Notes: generated by a model not told the origin, from the sequence alone. Shown: positions 45,478 to 57,758, counted from the stretch's first letter. The stretch is 64,000 nucleotides of DNA from Chloroflexota bacterium (GCA_005887995.1 VBJD01000029.1:3326-67325); one strand, 5' to 3'. Translations and numbers: made by a program.

Positions 45478-47184
45478 ATGACCCTCACACCGCTGCGGCG
45501 TTGGCTGCTACCCGACATACGGTCGATCGATGCTCCCGCGGGCATCGCGCCGCTCGTCGCGCGTATCCTCGCGGCCCGCGGCTGCGAAGCCGCGGAGATG
45601 GCCGATTTCCTGGCGGCGCGGATCGCCGAGGGCGGTCCGCCGATGACCGATCTCGACCGCGCGGTGTCGCGCCTCCGTCGTGCGCTCGCGGCTCGCGAGC
45701 GCATCGTCATCTATGGGGACTACGACGTCGACGGCATCACCGGATCGGCGATCCTCGTGCGCGCCTTCCGTCAGATCGGCATCGGCGTCGGCGCCTACAT
45801 CCCCGATCGCTACGAGGAGGGCTACGGCCTGAACGCGCAGGCGATTCGCAAGCTCGCCGCCGACGGGACGCGCGTCATCGTGTCCGTGGACTGCGGCGTC
45901 ACTGCCGTACGTGAGGCGGAGCTCGCGCGCGAGCTGGGGATCGACCTCATCGTCACCGACCACCACCACCCGCCGGCGGAACTGCCGAAGGCGTTCGCGG
46001 TCGTGAACCCGCGACGTCCGGGCGACCCCTCTCTCGAGAAAGATCTTGCGGGCGCGGGTGTCGCGCTGATGCTTGCGCGCTCGCTGCTCGGCGAGCTCGG
46101 GTACGCGCTGCGCGAGGACGAGCTCATGCAGCTCGTCGCGCTCGCCACCGTTGCGGACGTCGTGCCGCTCGTGGCCGCGAACCGCGGTCTCGTGCGACGC
46201 GGCCTCGCGTCGCTCAATCGCGCGCCGCTCGTCGGCGTGCGCGCGCTTGCCGAGCGCTCCGGACTCAAGCTCGGTCGCATCAACGCGATGGACATCGGCT
46301 TCGTGCTCGGTCCGCGCCTCAACGCCGCGGGTCGCATCGCCGACGCCGAGGAGGCGCTGCGGCTCCTTCTCACCGAGGACGCGGACGAGGCGAAGACGCT
46401 CGCCGACTCGCTCGAGGCCAAGAACACCGAACGTCAGGAGCTCACGCGCCAGGTCGTGAAGGCCGCGCGCGAGCGTGCTGGAGAGCGGCCCGACGCGTGG
46501 GCGACGGTCGTGGCGGACGAGTCGTGGCCCGCGGGCATCGTCGGCCTCGCGGCGTCGCGCCTCGTCGAGGACTACGGGCGGCCCGCGGTCGTCATCGCGC
46601 TCTCCGGCGATGAGGGCAAGGGCTCATGCCGGTCGATCGCGCAGGTCCACATCGCCGAGGCGCTCGATGAGTGCGATGACCTGCTCATCAAGCACGGTGG
46701 TCACGCGATGGCAGCCGGGTTCTCAGTCGCGCGCGATCGCCTCCCGGCGTTCGCGGAGCGCCTCGATGAGGTCGTGCGCCGGCGGCTGGGCGGCGCACGC
46801 CCGGTGCCGACGCTGCGCGTCGACGCGGAGATCGAGCCCGAGGCGCTCACCGCGCGACTCGCCCTCGAGCTGGCGGACCTCGAGCCGTGCGGCGCGGGCA
46901 ACGCGCGTCCCCATCTGCTCGTGCGCAACGTGCGCGTGTACGGCATCCGTCAGGTCGGTGCCGACTCCGATCACCTGCGCTGCAAGATCACCGTCGGTCG
47001 CTTCACCTTCGATGCGATGGCGTTCCGGCGCGGCGACCACGTCGAGGCGATGACCGACGCCGGTTTCGTCGACGCGGTCGTCACCGTCGGCACGGGGCTC
47101 CGCGGCTTCGTCGAGCTCGAGCTCCGCGATTTCGGACCGGTCGGCACCGCCGACCGCATGCGCGGCGAGGCGGTGCCGGCATGA
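45478..47184 (+). CDS. recJ: Single-stranded-DNA-specific exonuclease RecJ
   Basis: 'VIYGDYDVDGITG', 'IVSVDCG', 'IVTDHHHPP' and 'GGHAMAAG' are DHH/DHHA1 motifs. ATG 45478 is in frame with the listed 45235 ORF. Confidence 0.93.
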   Translation: MTLTPLRRWLLPDIRSIDAPAGIAPLVARILAARGCEAAEMADFLAARIAEGGPPMTDLDRAVSRLRRALAARERIVIYGDYDVDGITGSAILVRAFRQIGIGVGAYIPDRYEEGYGLNAQAIRKLAADGTRVIVSVDCGVTAVREAELARELGIDLIVTDHHHPPAELPKAFAVVNPRRPGDPSLEKDLAGAGVALMLARSLLGELGYALREDELMQLVALATVADVVPLVAANRGLVRRGLASLNRAPLVGVRALAERSGLKLGRINAMDIGFVLGPRLNAAGRIADAEEALRLLLTEDADEAKTLADSLEAKNTERQELTRQVVKAARERAGERPDAWATVVADESWPAGIVGLAASRLVEDYGRPAVVIALSGDEGKGSCRSIAQVHIAEALDECDDLLIKHGGHAMAAGFSVARDRLPAFAERLDEVVRRRLGGARPVPTLRVDAEIEPEALTARLALELADLEPCGAGNARPHLLVRNVRVYGIRQVGADSDHLRCKITVGRFTFDAMAFRRGDHVEAMTDAGFVDAVVTVGTGLRGFVELELRDFGPVGTADRMRGEAVPA

Positions 47185-47191
47185 GCGGAGA

Positions 47192-49417
47192 TTGGGCATG
47201 ACGGCACAGCGGGCGCCCAATCCGATCACCGCACGGATCGTCGGGATCACCGAGCGCCTGCGGCCCCGCACCCACGGCCACATCGACGCCGAGGCGATCG
47301 TGAAGGAGATGCTCCGCCACTATCCGGACGGCGATGCGGAGCTTGTGCGTCGCGCGTACTCCTACGCGGCAGAGGCGCACGAGGGGCAGAAGCGCGTCTC
47401 CGGCGAGCCGTACATCACGCACCCGGCCGCGGTCGCGATGCTCATCGCCGAGCTCGGCATGGATCCGGCGACCGTCGCGGCGACATTGCTCCACGACGTG
47501 CCCGAGGACACGCCGAAGACCGTCGACGACATCCGCCAGCAGTTCGGCGACGAGATCGGCCGCCTGGTGGAGGGCGTCACCAAGCTCAGCCGTCTACAGG
47601 GCCAGTCGCGCGACGCGCATCAGGCCGAGAACATCCGCAAGATGTTCCTCGCGATGGCCGACGACCTGCGCGTCGTCGTCATCAAGCTCTGCGACCGGCT
47701 CCACAACATGCGCACACTCGCGCCGCTCCCGGCGGACAAGCAGCGGCGCATCGCGCAGCAGACGATGGAGATCTACGCGCCCCTCGCGCACCGCCTCGGG
47801 ATCTGGCAGATCAAGTGGGAGCTCGAGGATCTCGCGTTCAAATACCTCGAGCCCGAGCAGTACAAGGAACTGGCCGATCAGCTCGCCGAGCGCCGCCAGT
47901 CGCGCGAACGCTACATCGAGCAGGCGATGAAGAACCTCGCGACCGAGCTCGAGAAAGCGGGCGTGCGGGCCGAGCTGTCGGGACGGGCGAAGCATCTCTG
48001 GTCCATTGAGCAGAAGATGCGGCGCAAGGGCGTCGGCTTCAACGAGGTCTACGACCTGCTTGCGATCCGCGTCATCGTGGATGACCTCCCCTCGTGCTAC
48101 GCCGCGCTCGGCGTCGTGCACACGCTGTGGCCGCCGGTGCCGGGTCAGTTCGACGACTACATCGCCGTGCCGAAGGCGAACCTCTATCAGTCGCTCCACA
48201 CCGCGGTCATGGGTCCGGGCGCGCAGCCGCTCGAGATCCAGGTCCGTACGAGCGAGATGCACACGCTCGCGGAGTACGGCATCGCCGCGCATTGGCGGTA
48301 CAAGGAGGGCGGCAAGGCCGACGCGAACTACGAGTCCAAGCTCGCATGGGTGCGTCAGCTTCTCGAGTGGCAGCACGACGTGACCGACTCGCAGGAGTTC
48401 GTCGAATCGCTGAAGGTCGACGTCTTCCAGGACGAGGTCTTCGTGTTCACGCCGAAAGGCGAGGTGAAGGCCCTCTCCGCCGGGTCGACGCCGATCGACT
48501 TCGCGTACCGCATCCACACCGACGTGGGGCACCGGACGATCGGCGCGAAGGTCAACGGCCGCATCGTGCCGCTCGACTACCGCCTCCAGTCGGGCGACAT
48601 CGTCGAGATCGTCACGAGCAAGGCGGCGCGCGGTCCATCGCGCGACTGGCTCACGATGGTCCAGACGCCGAGCGCGCGGGAGAAGATCCGGCAGTGGTTC
48701 AAACGCGCGCAGCGCGACGAGAACATCGCGCACGGGAAGGAGCTCCTCGACCGCGAGCTGAAGCGCCTCGCGCAGCGCTCCCTCGGCGACATCAGCGACG
48801 CAGACCTGCGCCGCGTGACCGAGGTGCTGAACATGCACGACGTCGACACGCTCTTCGCGTCGCTTGGTTACGGCGCGCTCACCGCGGCGTCGGTCGTGAC
48901 GCGGCTCGGCATCGTCGACGACGCGCAGCAGGTCCTACCGGAGATCGCGCCGATGGTCCCGCCGACCACCGCACGTGGCGGCGTGCGCGTGAAGGGTGTC
49001 GGCGATCTCCTCGTGCGTTTTGCGGTGTGCTGCAACCCAGTGCCGGGCGATCCGATCGTCGGGTACATCACCCGTGGCCGTGGTGTGACGGTCCACCGCG
49101 CTGACTGCACGAACGTGAAGTCGAGCGCCGACACGGAGCGTTTCGTCGAGGTCGAGTGGGAGCAGGCCGCCACGCGCACGTACCCGGTGGCTATCCGCAT
49201 CCAAGGCTGGGACCGCGACGGGTTCCTGCGCGATGTGGCGGCGGTGATCAGCGAGAACCAGGTGCAGCTCGTCGCGCTGTCGGCCGCCGCGAATCCCGAT
49301 CGGAGTGCGACGGTGAACGCGACGCTGCAGGTGACGAGCGTCGAGCAGCTCTCGCGCGTCCTCGCGCGCCTGGAGAGCGTCCGCGACGTCTTCAGCGTCC
49401 ACCGTGATGCGCGTTGA
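47192..49417 (+). CDS. relA: Bifunctional (p)ppGpp synthetase/hydrolase (RelA/SpoT homologue)
   Basis: HD domain 'HPAAVA...LLHDVPEDT', synthetase 'YQSLHTAV' and 'EIQVRT..MH', TGS 'VFVFTPKGEV' and a C-terminal ACT domain. An alternative start is ATG 47198. Confidence 0.95.
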   Translation: MGMTAQRAPNPITARIVGITERLRPRTHGHIDAEAIVKEMLRHYPDGDAELVRRAYSYAAEAHEGQKRVSGEPYITHPAAVAMLIAELGMDPATVAATLLHDVPEDTPKTVDDIRQQFGDEIGRLVEGVTKLSRLQGQSRDAHQAENIRKMFLAMADDLRVVVIKLCDRLHNMRTLAPLPADKQRRIAQQTMEIYAPLAHRLGIWQIKWELEDLAFKYLEPEQYKELADQLAERRQSRERYIEQAMKNLATELEKAGVRAELSGRAKHLWSIEQKMRRKGVGFNEVYDLLAIRVIVDDLPSCYAALGVVHTLWPPVPGQFDDYIAVPKANLYQSLHTAVMGPGAQPLEIQVRTSEMHTLAEYGIAAHWRYKEGGKADANYESKLAWVRQLLEWQHDVTDSQEFVESLKVDVFQDEVFVFTPKGEVKALSAGSTPIDFAYRIHTDVGHRTIGAKVNGRIVPLDYRLQSGDIVEIVTSKAARGPSRDWLTMVQTPSAREKIRQWFKRAQRDENIAHGKELLDRELKRLAQRSLGDISDADLRRVTEVLNMHDVDTLFASLGYGALTAASVVTRLGIVDDAQQVLPEIAPMVPPTTARGGVRVKGVGDLLVRFAVCCNPVPGDPIVGYITRGRGVTVHRADCTNVKSSADTERFVEVEWEQAATRTYPVAIRIQGWDRDGFLRDVAAVISENQVQLVALSAAANPDRSATVNATLQVTSVEQLSRVLARLESVRDVFSVHRDAR

Positions 49418-49430
49418 CTCGAGCGAGGAA

Positions 49431-49486
49431 GGCTCAGGGGCAGGGGCCCCTGTTCAGGGAGCGCAGCGAGCGTGCGCGACGAACGA
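49431..49486 (+). repeat. Dispersed hairpin repeat, copy B (relA-typA spacer)
   Basis: ggctcaggggcaggggcccctgttcagggagcgcagcgagcgtgcgcgacg. Hairpin at 49435-49452. A second hairpin TCTCCGGC-gga-GCCGGAGA lies at 49506-49524. Confidence 0.9.
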
Positions 49487-49564
49487 GTCCACCAGCCCTG
49501 AGCGGTCTCCGGCGGAGCCGGAGATTGATAAGGCGCGCTAGTTGAAGGGACGGCTCGCGCAGGG

Positions 49565-51401
<1,837 letters not shown>

Positions 51402-51403
<2 letters not shown>

Positions 51404-52328
51404 CGCGGCGCTATTCGATCTCGATCTACCGGAAGGGCGCGGCCCGCATCCCGCGATCGTCTGCCTTCATCCGGCGAACGGCGGGACCAAGGACCACTTT
51501 CTGTTCCTCCACCTGGCGAGCCTGCTTACACCGCTGGGTATCGCGGTCGCGCGTTTCGACCGGCGGCTAATGCCTGGAGGAGACGACGTGCCCTTCGCGA
51601 TACAGGTCGCGGATGCGATGCGGGTCGTTTCCGCACTCGACGCGGACTCGCGTATCGATTCCGGGCGCATCGGACTGTGGGGGTACAGCCAGGGAGCGCG
51701 GGTAGCGCCGCTTGCGGCGTCGCAGTTTTCGCAGATCCGGTCGCTGGTGCTTCTTGCTTCAACGGGCGTGTCTCCGTCCGAGCAGATGTTGTACGGAACC
51801 GCGCGACATGCACGGATGGCGGGCTTTGGCGATGAGGTGGCGCAGCGGATCATCGCCGTGCGGCGAACCGTCGACGAGTATCGTCGAGGCGGCGCGACGC
51901 TGGCGCAGGCGCAGGCTGCGGTCGACTCGATTCGTAACGAGCGCTTCTTCGACCACGCGTGGACGCCCGCGGACCTCAGCGGTCTCGATCTCACATGGCG
52001 CGATATGGACTTCGATCCCGAGCCGGTCTTCGCCGGCGTCCGCGTTCCGACCTTGCTGTTCTACGGCGAAGACGACGAGTGGTCGCCTATCGACGCGAGC
52101 ATCGCCACGTGGAAACGTGCGGCCGAGAGGGCGGGCAATCGCGACGTGACCGTCGTCAGGCTTCCTGGCACGACGCACGCGCCGACGATCGGCGGCGTCC
52201 AGTCGATCGGATCATGTTCCCGTCGTGGGCGCGTGACGATCCCGATCGGCTCGTTTATCTCACGAACGCCACCGGCAAGTTCGAGGTCCACACCTGGGAC
52301 CGCCGGACGGGTGAGCACCGTCAGCTGA
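51402..52328 (+). CDS. Alpha/beta hydrolase (dienelactone-hydrolase/S9-like), start codon unresolved
   Basis: Conserved sequence starts well upstream of the listed ATG 51570 ('PAIVCLHPANGGTKDHF...'). Triad candidates are 'GYSQG', 'GEDDEW' and 'GTTHAP'. No ATG/GTG/TTG occurs in frame between 51306 and 51570. The 3' end overlaps the next gene by at least 115 nt. Confidence 0.55.
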
Positions 52329-53965
52329 CGGACCGTTCCGAGGGGACCGGTTACCGCGTGCCGTCCAGGCTCGATCCGTCTGGCGAGCGCGTGTGGTGGT
52401 TCGATGACGCGAAGGGCAACGAGCTGGGCCGATGGGTCCGCCAGACCTTCAGGGGCGGAGCGATCATGCCCGTTGCGCCCGAGCTCTCAGCGGCGTTCAC
52501 CGGCGATGCACTGGCTCCCGCATTCAGTGCGGGCCTCGCGCTCGGCAGCGATGTCGCGGTCATTGGTCGGTCGCGCAGCGATGAAGGATCGACGGTCTAC
52601 GTTCTCAGGGAGGGCGACGCGCCGAGACGCGTCTATCAGCACGCGCAGAGCGCCGGCGTGGGTGAGATGTCGCGCGACGAAAAGTACTTCGCGCTCGCGC
52701 ACGCCGAACACGGTGACAGTCGCAACCGCGCCGTCCGCATCCTTGACATCGAGGGCGAGACGGTCTCCGAGAAGTGGGACGGAAGGGGCAAGGGCCTCCA
52801 GGCCGGCCGCTGGTCACCGGTCGACGGCGATGCACGACTGATCCTCGGCCACGAGCGCGCGGGCATCCTTCGACCGCTCATCTGGGACATCGCGAAGGAT
52901 CGCGAGGAGGAGATCGTCCTCGACCTCCCCGGTGAGGTCTGGGCGGACTGGTATCCAGACGCGACGTCAGTGCTCATCGTCCACGATCACCGCGGCCGCA
53001 CCGAGCTCTTCCGCTATGACCTCGCGACGAAGCGTCTCGAGCCGCTGCCGACGGAGCGCGGGACGATCACCGCCGCACGTGTGCGACCTGACGGTGAGGT
53101 CTGGTACATGCTCGACCGCTCATCGGAGCAGCCGACGATCCGCGCGGCAGGCGGCGGCATCGTGCTCGGTCCGGCGGGCGAGCCCGCGCCGCGCGGCGTG
53201 CCGTACCGCGACGCTGACGTCGACAGGATCCACGTCTTCGTCGCGGAGCCGAAGAAGCCGGCGCCGCACCCGACGTACTTCCTCATCCACGGCGGCCCGG
53301 AGGCGCACGATCGTGACTCGTTCTCGCCGACCGTGCAGGCCTGGGTCGATCACGGGATTGCGGTCATCTGCCTCAACTACCGCGGCTCGAGCGGCTACGG
53401 CAAGGCGTGGCGCGACGCGATCATCGGCCGGCCTGGTCTCACCGAGCTCGAGGACATCGCCAAGGTGCGCGCGTGGGCGATCGCCCAGAAGATCGCCGAT
53501 CCCAAGCGCACCTTCATCGGCGGCGGCTCATGGGGCGGCTATCTCACGCTCCTCGGCCTTGGCGTGCAGCCCGAGAACTGGGCGGCGGGTGTCGCCATCG
53601 TTCCGATCGGCGACTACATCCCGGCGTTCGAGGACGAGATGGAGCCGCTCAAGAGGTACGACGCGGCGCTCTTCGGCGGCACGCCGAGCGAAGTGCCCGA
53701 GAGCTACGAGCGGTCCAACCCGATCACCTACATCGAAAACGTTCGCGTTCCGGTGATCCTGCTCGTCGGCCAGAACGACCCGCGCTGTCCCTCGCGCAGC
53801 GCCGACGTGTACGTCGCTCGACTGAAGCAGCTTGGCAAGCCGTACGACGAGTACCGCTACGACGCGGGGCATGGCTCACTGAAGATCGATGAATCGATGA
53901 AGCAGGTCGCGATGGAGATCGACTTCGTCGCGACGCATCTGGGGACGCCGCGCGCGAGCGCGTGA
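52214..53965 (+). CDS. S9-family serine peptidase (beta-propeller plus hydrolase)
   Basis: 'FPSWARDDPDRLVYLTNATGKFEVHTWDRRTGEHRQLTD' propeller N-terminus, 'IHGGPEAH', nucleophile 'GGSWGGYL', 'GQNDPRCP' and 'AGHG'. The true start may lie upstream of ATG 52214. Confidence 0.85.
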   Translation: MFPSWARDDPDRLVYLTNATGKFEVHTWDRRTGEHRQLTDRSEGTGYRVPSRLDPSGERVWWFDDAKGNELGRWVRQTFRGGAIMPVAPELSAAFTGDALAPAFSAGLALGSDVAVIGRSRSDEGSTVYVLREGDAPRRVYQHAQSAGVGEMSRDEKYFALAHAEHGDSRNRAVRILDIEGETVSEKWDGRGKGLQAGRWSPVDGDARLILGHERAGILRPLIWDIAKDREEEIVLDLPGEVWADWYPDATSVLIVHDHRGRTELFRYDLATKRLEPLPTERGTITAARVRPDGEVWYMLDRSSEQPTIRAAGGGIVLGPAGEPAPRGVPYRDADVDRIHVFVAEPKKPAPHPTYFLIHGGPEAHDRDSFSPTVQAWVDHGIAVICLNYRGSSGYGKAWRDAIIGRPGLTELEDIAKVRAWAIAQKIADPKRTFIGGGSWGGYLTLLGLGVQPENWAAGVAIVPIGDYIPAFEDEMEPLKRYDAALFGGTPSEVPESYERSNPITYIENVRVPVILLVGQNDPRCPSRSADVYVARLKQLGKPYDEYRYDAGHGSLKIDESMKQVAMEIDFVATHLGTPRASA

Positions 53966-54858
53966 TCCCCTTCGATCCCGCGCGGTCGCAGCTGCTCGTC
54001 CCTCCTCCGTCGGACGGACCCGGCTCATGGGCGGGTGCGCCCGGCGCGTTCCGTGACGGCGGTGAGCTCTTCGTGTGCTACCGGCTTCGACGGCCCGCGC
54101 CGGTCCGCGGGCACGAGCTGCGCATCGCCGCGGTCGAGCGCGGCGCGCTTCGCGATCTGTGGACGGTGCGCAAGGACGACCTACGCGCGGAGTCGATCGA
54201 GCGTGCCGCGATCGTGCGCCATGAGCGCGCCTGGCGGCTCTATGTGAGTTACGTCGCTGAAATGGATCGACAGTGGCGCATCGGACTCGTCGAGGCAGAG
54301 TCGATCGAGTCACTCGACGCGCGCACGATCCGCACGATCCTCCACCCGAGCGCGACCGGCACGCTCGCGGTGAAGGATCCATGGATCGTGCGCGAGCGCG
54401 GCCGCTGGCGGATGTTCGTGTCGTGCGGCAGACGCGTCGAGGACCCACACGTCGACTCGCGTGGCGATGCGCTCTCGTCAGGGGCGACGAAGTCGGAGAC
54501 GGGTCTCGCCGAGAGCGACGACGGCGTCGAGTGGTCGTGGCTCGGGATCGTGTTCGGCGCGAGCGAGCGCGGCTGGGATCGTTTCACCGCGCGGCTCACG
54601 TGCGCGACGCGCGACGCGGGTGGATGGCTCGGCTGCTACGACGGGAGTGCGTCGCTGGACGAGAACTACGAGGAGCGCTGCGGGCTTGCGCGCAGCCCCA
54701 ACCTGCTCTCGTGGCAGCGCGTATCGGTGGATGGGCCGGTCATCGGTACCCCGCGCGGCGCCGGCGGCGTGCGCTATGTCGCCACCCTGGATACCGGCGA
54801 GGTGTTCTTCGAGCACACGCGCGCCGACGGGGCCCACGAACTGCGCGCCGTCCTGTAG
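53962..54858 (+). CDS. Hypothetical protein, possibly a 5-bladed beta-propeller glycoside-hydrolase-like fold
   Basis: 'KDPWIVRERGRWRMFVS', 'SDDGVEWSW' and 'LLSWQRV' resemble GH32/43/130-type blade motifs. This is a weak call. GTGA overlap with the peptidase gene. Confidence 0.4.
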   Translation: MIPFDPARSQLLVPPPSDGPGSWAGAPGAFRDGGELFVCYRLRRPAPVRGHELRIAAVERGALRDLWTVRKDDLRAESIERAAIVRHERAWRLYVSYVAEMDRQWRIGLVEAESIESLDARTIRTILHPSATGTLAVKDPWIVRERGRWRMFVSCGRRVEDPHVDSRGDALSSGATKSETGLAESDDGVEWSWLGIVFGASERGWDRFTARLTCATRDAGGWLGCYDGSASLDENYEERCGLARSPNLLSWQRVSVDGPVIGTPRGAGGVRYVATLDTGEVFFEHTRADGAHELRAVL

Positions 54859-54951
54859 GGAACCTCCCGTCGCTGGCCTTTGTACAGGGGGCGAACACGG
54901 GAGGACACCGGGTAGGGCCGACCCGGTCCAGCCGACCGAAGGGAGGCGTAC

Positions 54952-55527
54952 ATGCGACGTCTTGCTCTCGCGTTCCTTTTGACCATGCTCGCGGTCGTGC
55001 CGTTCGGTGGGACGGCGCTCGCGAAGTGCCCGACCTGCCTCGACGGCGTCTCGTTGCAGACACCTGACGGCCAGCCCTGGTCCACGGGGAAGCCCGTGAC
55101 CCTTGTCGTATCGGCCCGCCGCGGCGCACCTGGGACCGAATTCCCGACGACCGGTCTCGCGGTCGTCATGCGCACCGACGGTGACCGCACGAAGTGTCTC
55201 GACGTCCCGCTCAGGCTCGTGAAGACCGGTGGCGACAGCGCGCTGTACGCCGGTGTCTTCTATCCGTTCCGCGCCGCCGCGTACGACGGCAAGCTCTCGC
55301 TCGGCGATCAGACCTTCGACATCAGCTTCGATGTCAACAAGCTCGTCGCGACCACGCCGGTCGCGAGCGCGCAGGACCTTCCGGTCGGCTCGACCGAGGA
55401 GGCGTACGGCCTCACGCTCAGCGACGCCATCGGCATCGCCCCGATGGTCGGCCTCGCTGCCCTCGCGTGGATCGCGATCGCCTGGTTCGCCAACCGCCGC
55501 ACGCTGCGGCTCGGCTTCGCTTCGTGA
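54952..55527 (+). CDS. Secreted protein with C-terminal TM anchor, unknown function
   Basis: Signal peptide 'LALAFLLTMLAVVPFGGTALA', a beta-rich ~130-aa domain and a C-terminal TM 'IAPMVGLAALAWIAIAWF' followed by 'ANRR'. GGGAGG RBS. Confidence 0.6.
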   Translation: MRRLALAFLLTMLAVVPFGGTALAKCPTCLDGVSLQTPDGQPWSTGKPVTLVVSARRGAPGTEFPTTGLAVVMRTDGDRTKCLDVPLRLVKTGGDSALYAGVFYPFRAAAYDGKLSLGDQTFDISFDVNKLVATTPVASAQDLPVGSTEEAYGLTLSDAIGIAPMVGLAALAWIAIAWFANRRTLRLGFAS

Positions 55528-56585
55528 TCCTTCGCGGCGCGCCCGTCCTGCTCGTCGCGGCCCTGCTAGCCGCGTGCGCCGGCAACGGGCGCGCCGCGTC
55601 TCCTGCGACCTCCATCACCGCCGCGTCACCATCACCGACGCCGATCATCGACGTGTACGACATGATGGGCGCGTTCCCGCCGGCGACGTTCTTCGTCGTC
55701 GGGCCGGACAACGTGAAGGCGATCGCGCTTCTCAATCACGCCACGCGCTACACGATCTCGACATCGGGCAAGGACGTGCAGGTCGCCGCCGCGGGCGTGA
55801 ATGGACGCGTCTACGTCCTCGATCAAACATCGGACGGCGCCCGGCTGCGCTGGTTCGACATCGATAGCGGCAACGAGCGTGCTTCACGCACGATGGCCGG
55901 CACGAGCGTCGTCGGCACGGACATTGGGCATGGCGCGCTCGCGATCGACGACAAGGCGGGCCTCGTCTATGCGCTCGTGCGCGAGCCGAAGGGCATCGCC
56001 GTCGAAGGCTTCGATTGGTTCACGCTGCGACCGGGGCGTCAGGTCTTCAGCGAGTTCCGCTGCGGCGACCGTCTCCTCGCTGCGGCCGGCCGCGTCGTCG
56101 TCGCGTGCCAATCGGAAGGAGGCCTCGTCGTCGACGATGGCGGCCCGAGCTTCAAGCTCCGAGCGCCATTCGCGATCAATTCGATCGCAATGCTCGGTGA
56201 GGGCACACTCATGGCGGGCGGAGCCGACGGCAGTCTCGTCCGTCTGGCGCGCCAGGCGAAGGACCTCGAGACCGTCAAGACATTGAAGGACTATGGGCGC
56301 GGCCTGATCCCGGACGGTATCGCCGCGAACAGCGACTGCTGTTTCTACTTCGGGATCATCGACCCGACAGCGAACGACGTGCAGCCGCGACTGGTCGCCG
56401 GAGGCCTAGCGCTGGTCGCCTTCCCAAGCTTCGCCGCTCCGACCGGCGGTCTCTTCGTGCAGCCACCGTTCGCGTACTACGTCATCGCTGGCCGAGCGCG
56501 GCACACCGACATCAACCAGGGCTTCTCGGAGGTGATGGCCGACCTCGGGGCGAACGCGCTGCCCGGCGCCGTCGCAAACCGCTAG
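55524..56585 (+). CDS. Lipoprotein, beta-propeller-like, unknown function
   Basis: GTG 55524 (GTGA overlap). 'LLVAALLAACAG' lipobox, followed by beta-rich repeats. The listed 55194 start is a frame artefact. Confidence 0.6.
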   Translation: MILRGAPVLLVAALLAACAGNGRAASPATSITAASPSPTPIIDVYDMMGAFPPATFFVVGPDNVKAIALLNHATRYTISTSGKDVQVAAAGVNGRVYVLDQTSDGARLRWFDIDSGNERASRTMAGTSVVGTDIGHGALAIDDKAGLVYALVREPKGIAVEGFDWFTLRPGRQVFSEFRCGDRLLAAAGRVVVACQSEGGLVVDDGGPSFKLRAPFAINSIAMLGEGTLMAGGADGSLVRLARQAKDLETVKTLKDYGRGLIPDGIAANSDCCFYFGIIDPTANDVQPRLVAGGLALVAFPSFAAPTGGLFVQPPFAYYVIAGRARHTDINQGFSEVMADLGANALPGAVANR

Positions 56586-56594
56586 GCGCTCGTA

Positions 56595-56990
56595 CTACAA
56601 GATTAAGCTGCACCCCCGGGGCGCGAGCCTGCACGCGATGATGAAATAGACGTAGAACGCCGCCGCGTACAGAAGGATCGCGACGTACGGCACCGCGAGC
56701 GCGACGGCGAGCTTGTCGGCGACAATCTCAGTGCGCGGTCGCGGTGCGCGCCGAAGTAGCTGAAGGGCGGCGATGCCGGCCCCGCCGATGACCAGCGGCG
56801 CGAGCGGCAGGGTGCGGATCGGGAACTCGAGCCAACCCTGAGACACGGACAGACCGATCCCCTGACCGATCGAGATCGGGTCTCCCCCCAGCCAGACGCC
56901 CCACGCGATGCCCATGACGACTGGCACCCAATACGCCGAGAGGACGAAGCTGAGGCCGATCAGGTGTCGCGCGTCCGTGACCCTCGTCAT
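56595..56990 (-). CDS. Small integral membrane protein (about 4 TM)
   Basis: ATG at 56990 overlaps the upstream stop (ATGA). 'LIGLSFVLSAYWVPVVMGIAWGVWLG...' is hydrophobic throughout. Confidence 0.55.
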   Translation of the reverse strand: MTRVTDARHLIGLSFVLSAYWVPVVMGIAWGVWLGGDPISIGQGIGLSVSQGWLEFPIRTLPLAPLVIGGAGIAALQLLRRAPRPRTEIVADKLAVALAVPYVAILLYAAAFYVYFIIACRLAPRGCSLIL

Positions 56991-57748
56991 CGATCGGCGC
57001 CCTGGCCCACGCGCACGGTCGCGACGAACGTGCCGACCGCGTCGTAGACGACCCGGCCGGTGCTCGGCTTCGTGATCTCGTATTTCGTCGTCACCGCGCA
57101 TGTGACGAGCGGCGAAGATCGGCTACGGCACTGGAGGCCGGGGGTCGCACGCGTGGTCGTGCGCGCGGTGACGTCCCACCCGGAATCGGCGAGCACCTGG
57201 GCAAAGTCGTCGACGAACGTTCCCGGAGCTCCCACGCTGCCGACGTCCCAGCGGGCGGTGAACACGCCCGCGACGTTCGTCGGGGCACCCATCGGGCGAG
57301 CGCGGCTAGTGCTAGGGAAGTCGAGCGGATAGCCGGCTGGGAGCTTCAAGTCCGTCATCCAGAGCGTGATGAAGGTCGATCGCCCGCTGTCCGAGGCGAC
57401 GACTCCGCCACGGATGCCAGGCGCGGCGCGGTAGTAGAACGAGATCGTCTTATCGCCGCTGCCGGTGACAGTCCAGGTCTTCCCATCGATGTTCTGCTCG
57501 TAGAAGTGGAGCACCTTCGCGGTCTCGTCGGGCGTCTGGGCGTTCCATTCGAACCTGCCCTCTCCGCTGCTGCCGCCTGGACTTCCCTGCACCTGAGGTA
57601 CGTACGCGGGGAGGCCCGCGGGTAGCCCACCGTGAAGGTTGGCGAACGGGCCGGTCGCGATCTGGCCAGTGGGCGCGAGGCCGGCCGCGACGACATAGAC
57701 CACCGCGATCGCGAAGGAAAGTCCGCCTACAAAGAGGACGGATCTCAC
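56987..57748 (-). CDS. N-terminally anchored extracytoplasmic protein, unknown function
   Basis: TM 'VLFVGGLSFAIAVVYVVAAGL', then two similar alpha/beta modules ('AKVLHFYEQNIDGKTWTV', 'VDDFAQVLADSGWDVT'). It lies immediately downstream of korB on the same strand. Confidence 0.55.
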   Translation of the reverse strand: MRSVLFVGGLSFAIAVVYVVAAGLAPTGQIATGPFANLHGGLPAGLPAYVPQVQGSPGGSSGEGRFEWNAQTPDETAKVLHFYEQNIDGKTWTVTGSGDKTISFYYRAAPGIRGGVVASDSGRSTFITLWMTDLKLPAGYPLDFPSTSRARPMGAPTNVAGVFTARWDVGSVGAPGTFVDDFAQVLADSGWDVTARTTTRATPGLQCRSRSSPLVTCAVTTKYEITKPSTGRVVYDAVGTFVATVRVGQGADR

Positions 57749-57758
57749 CGCGCGGACG

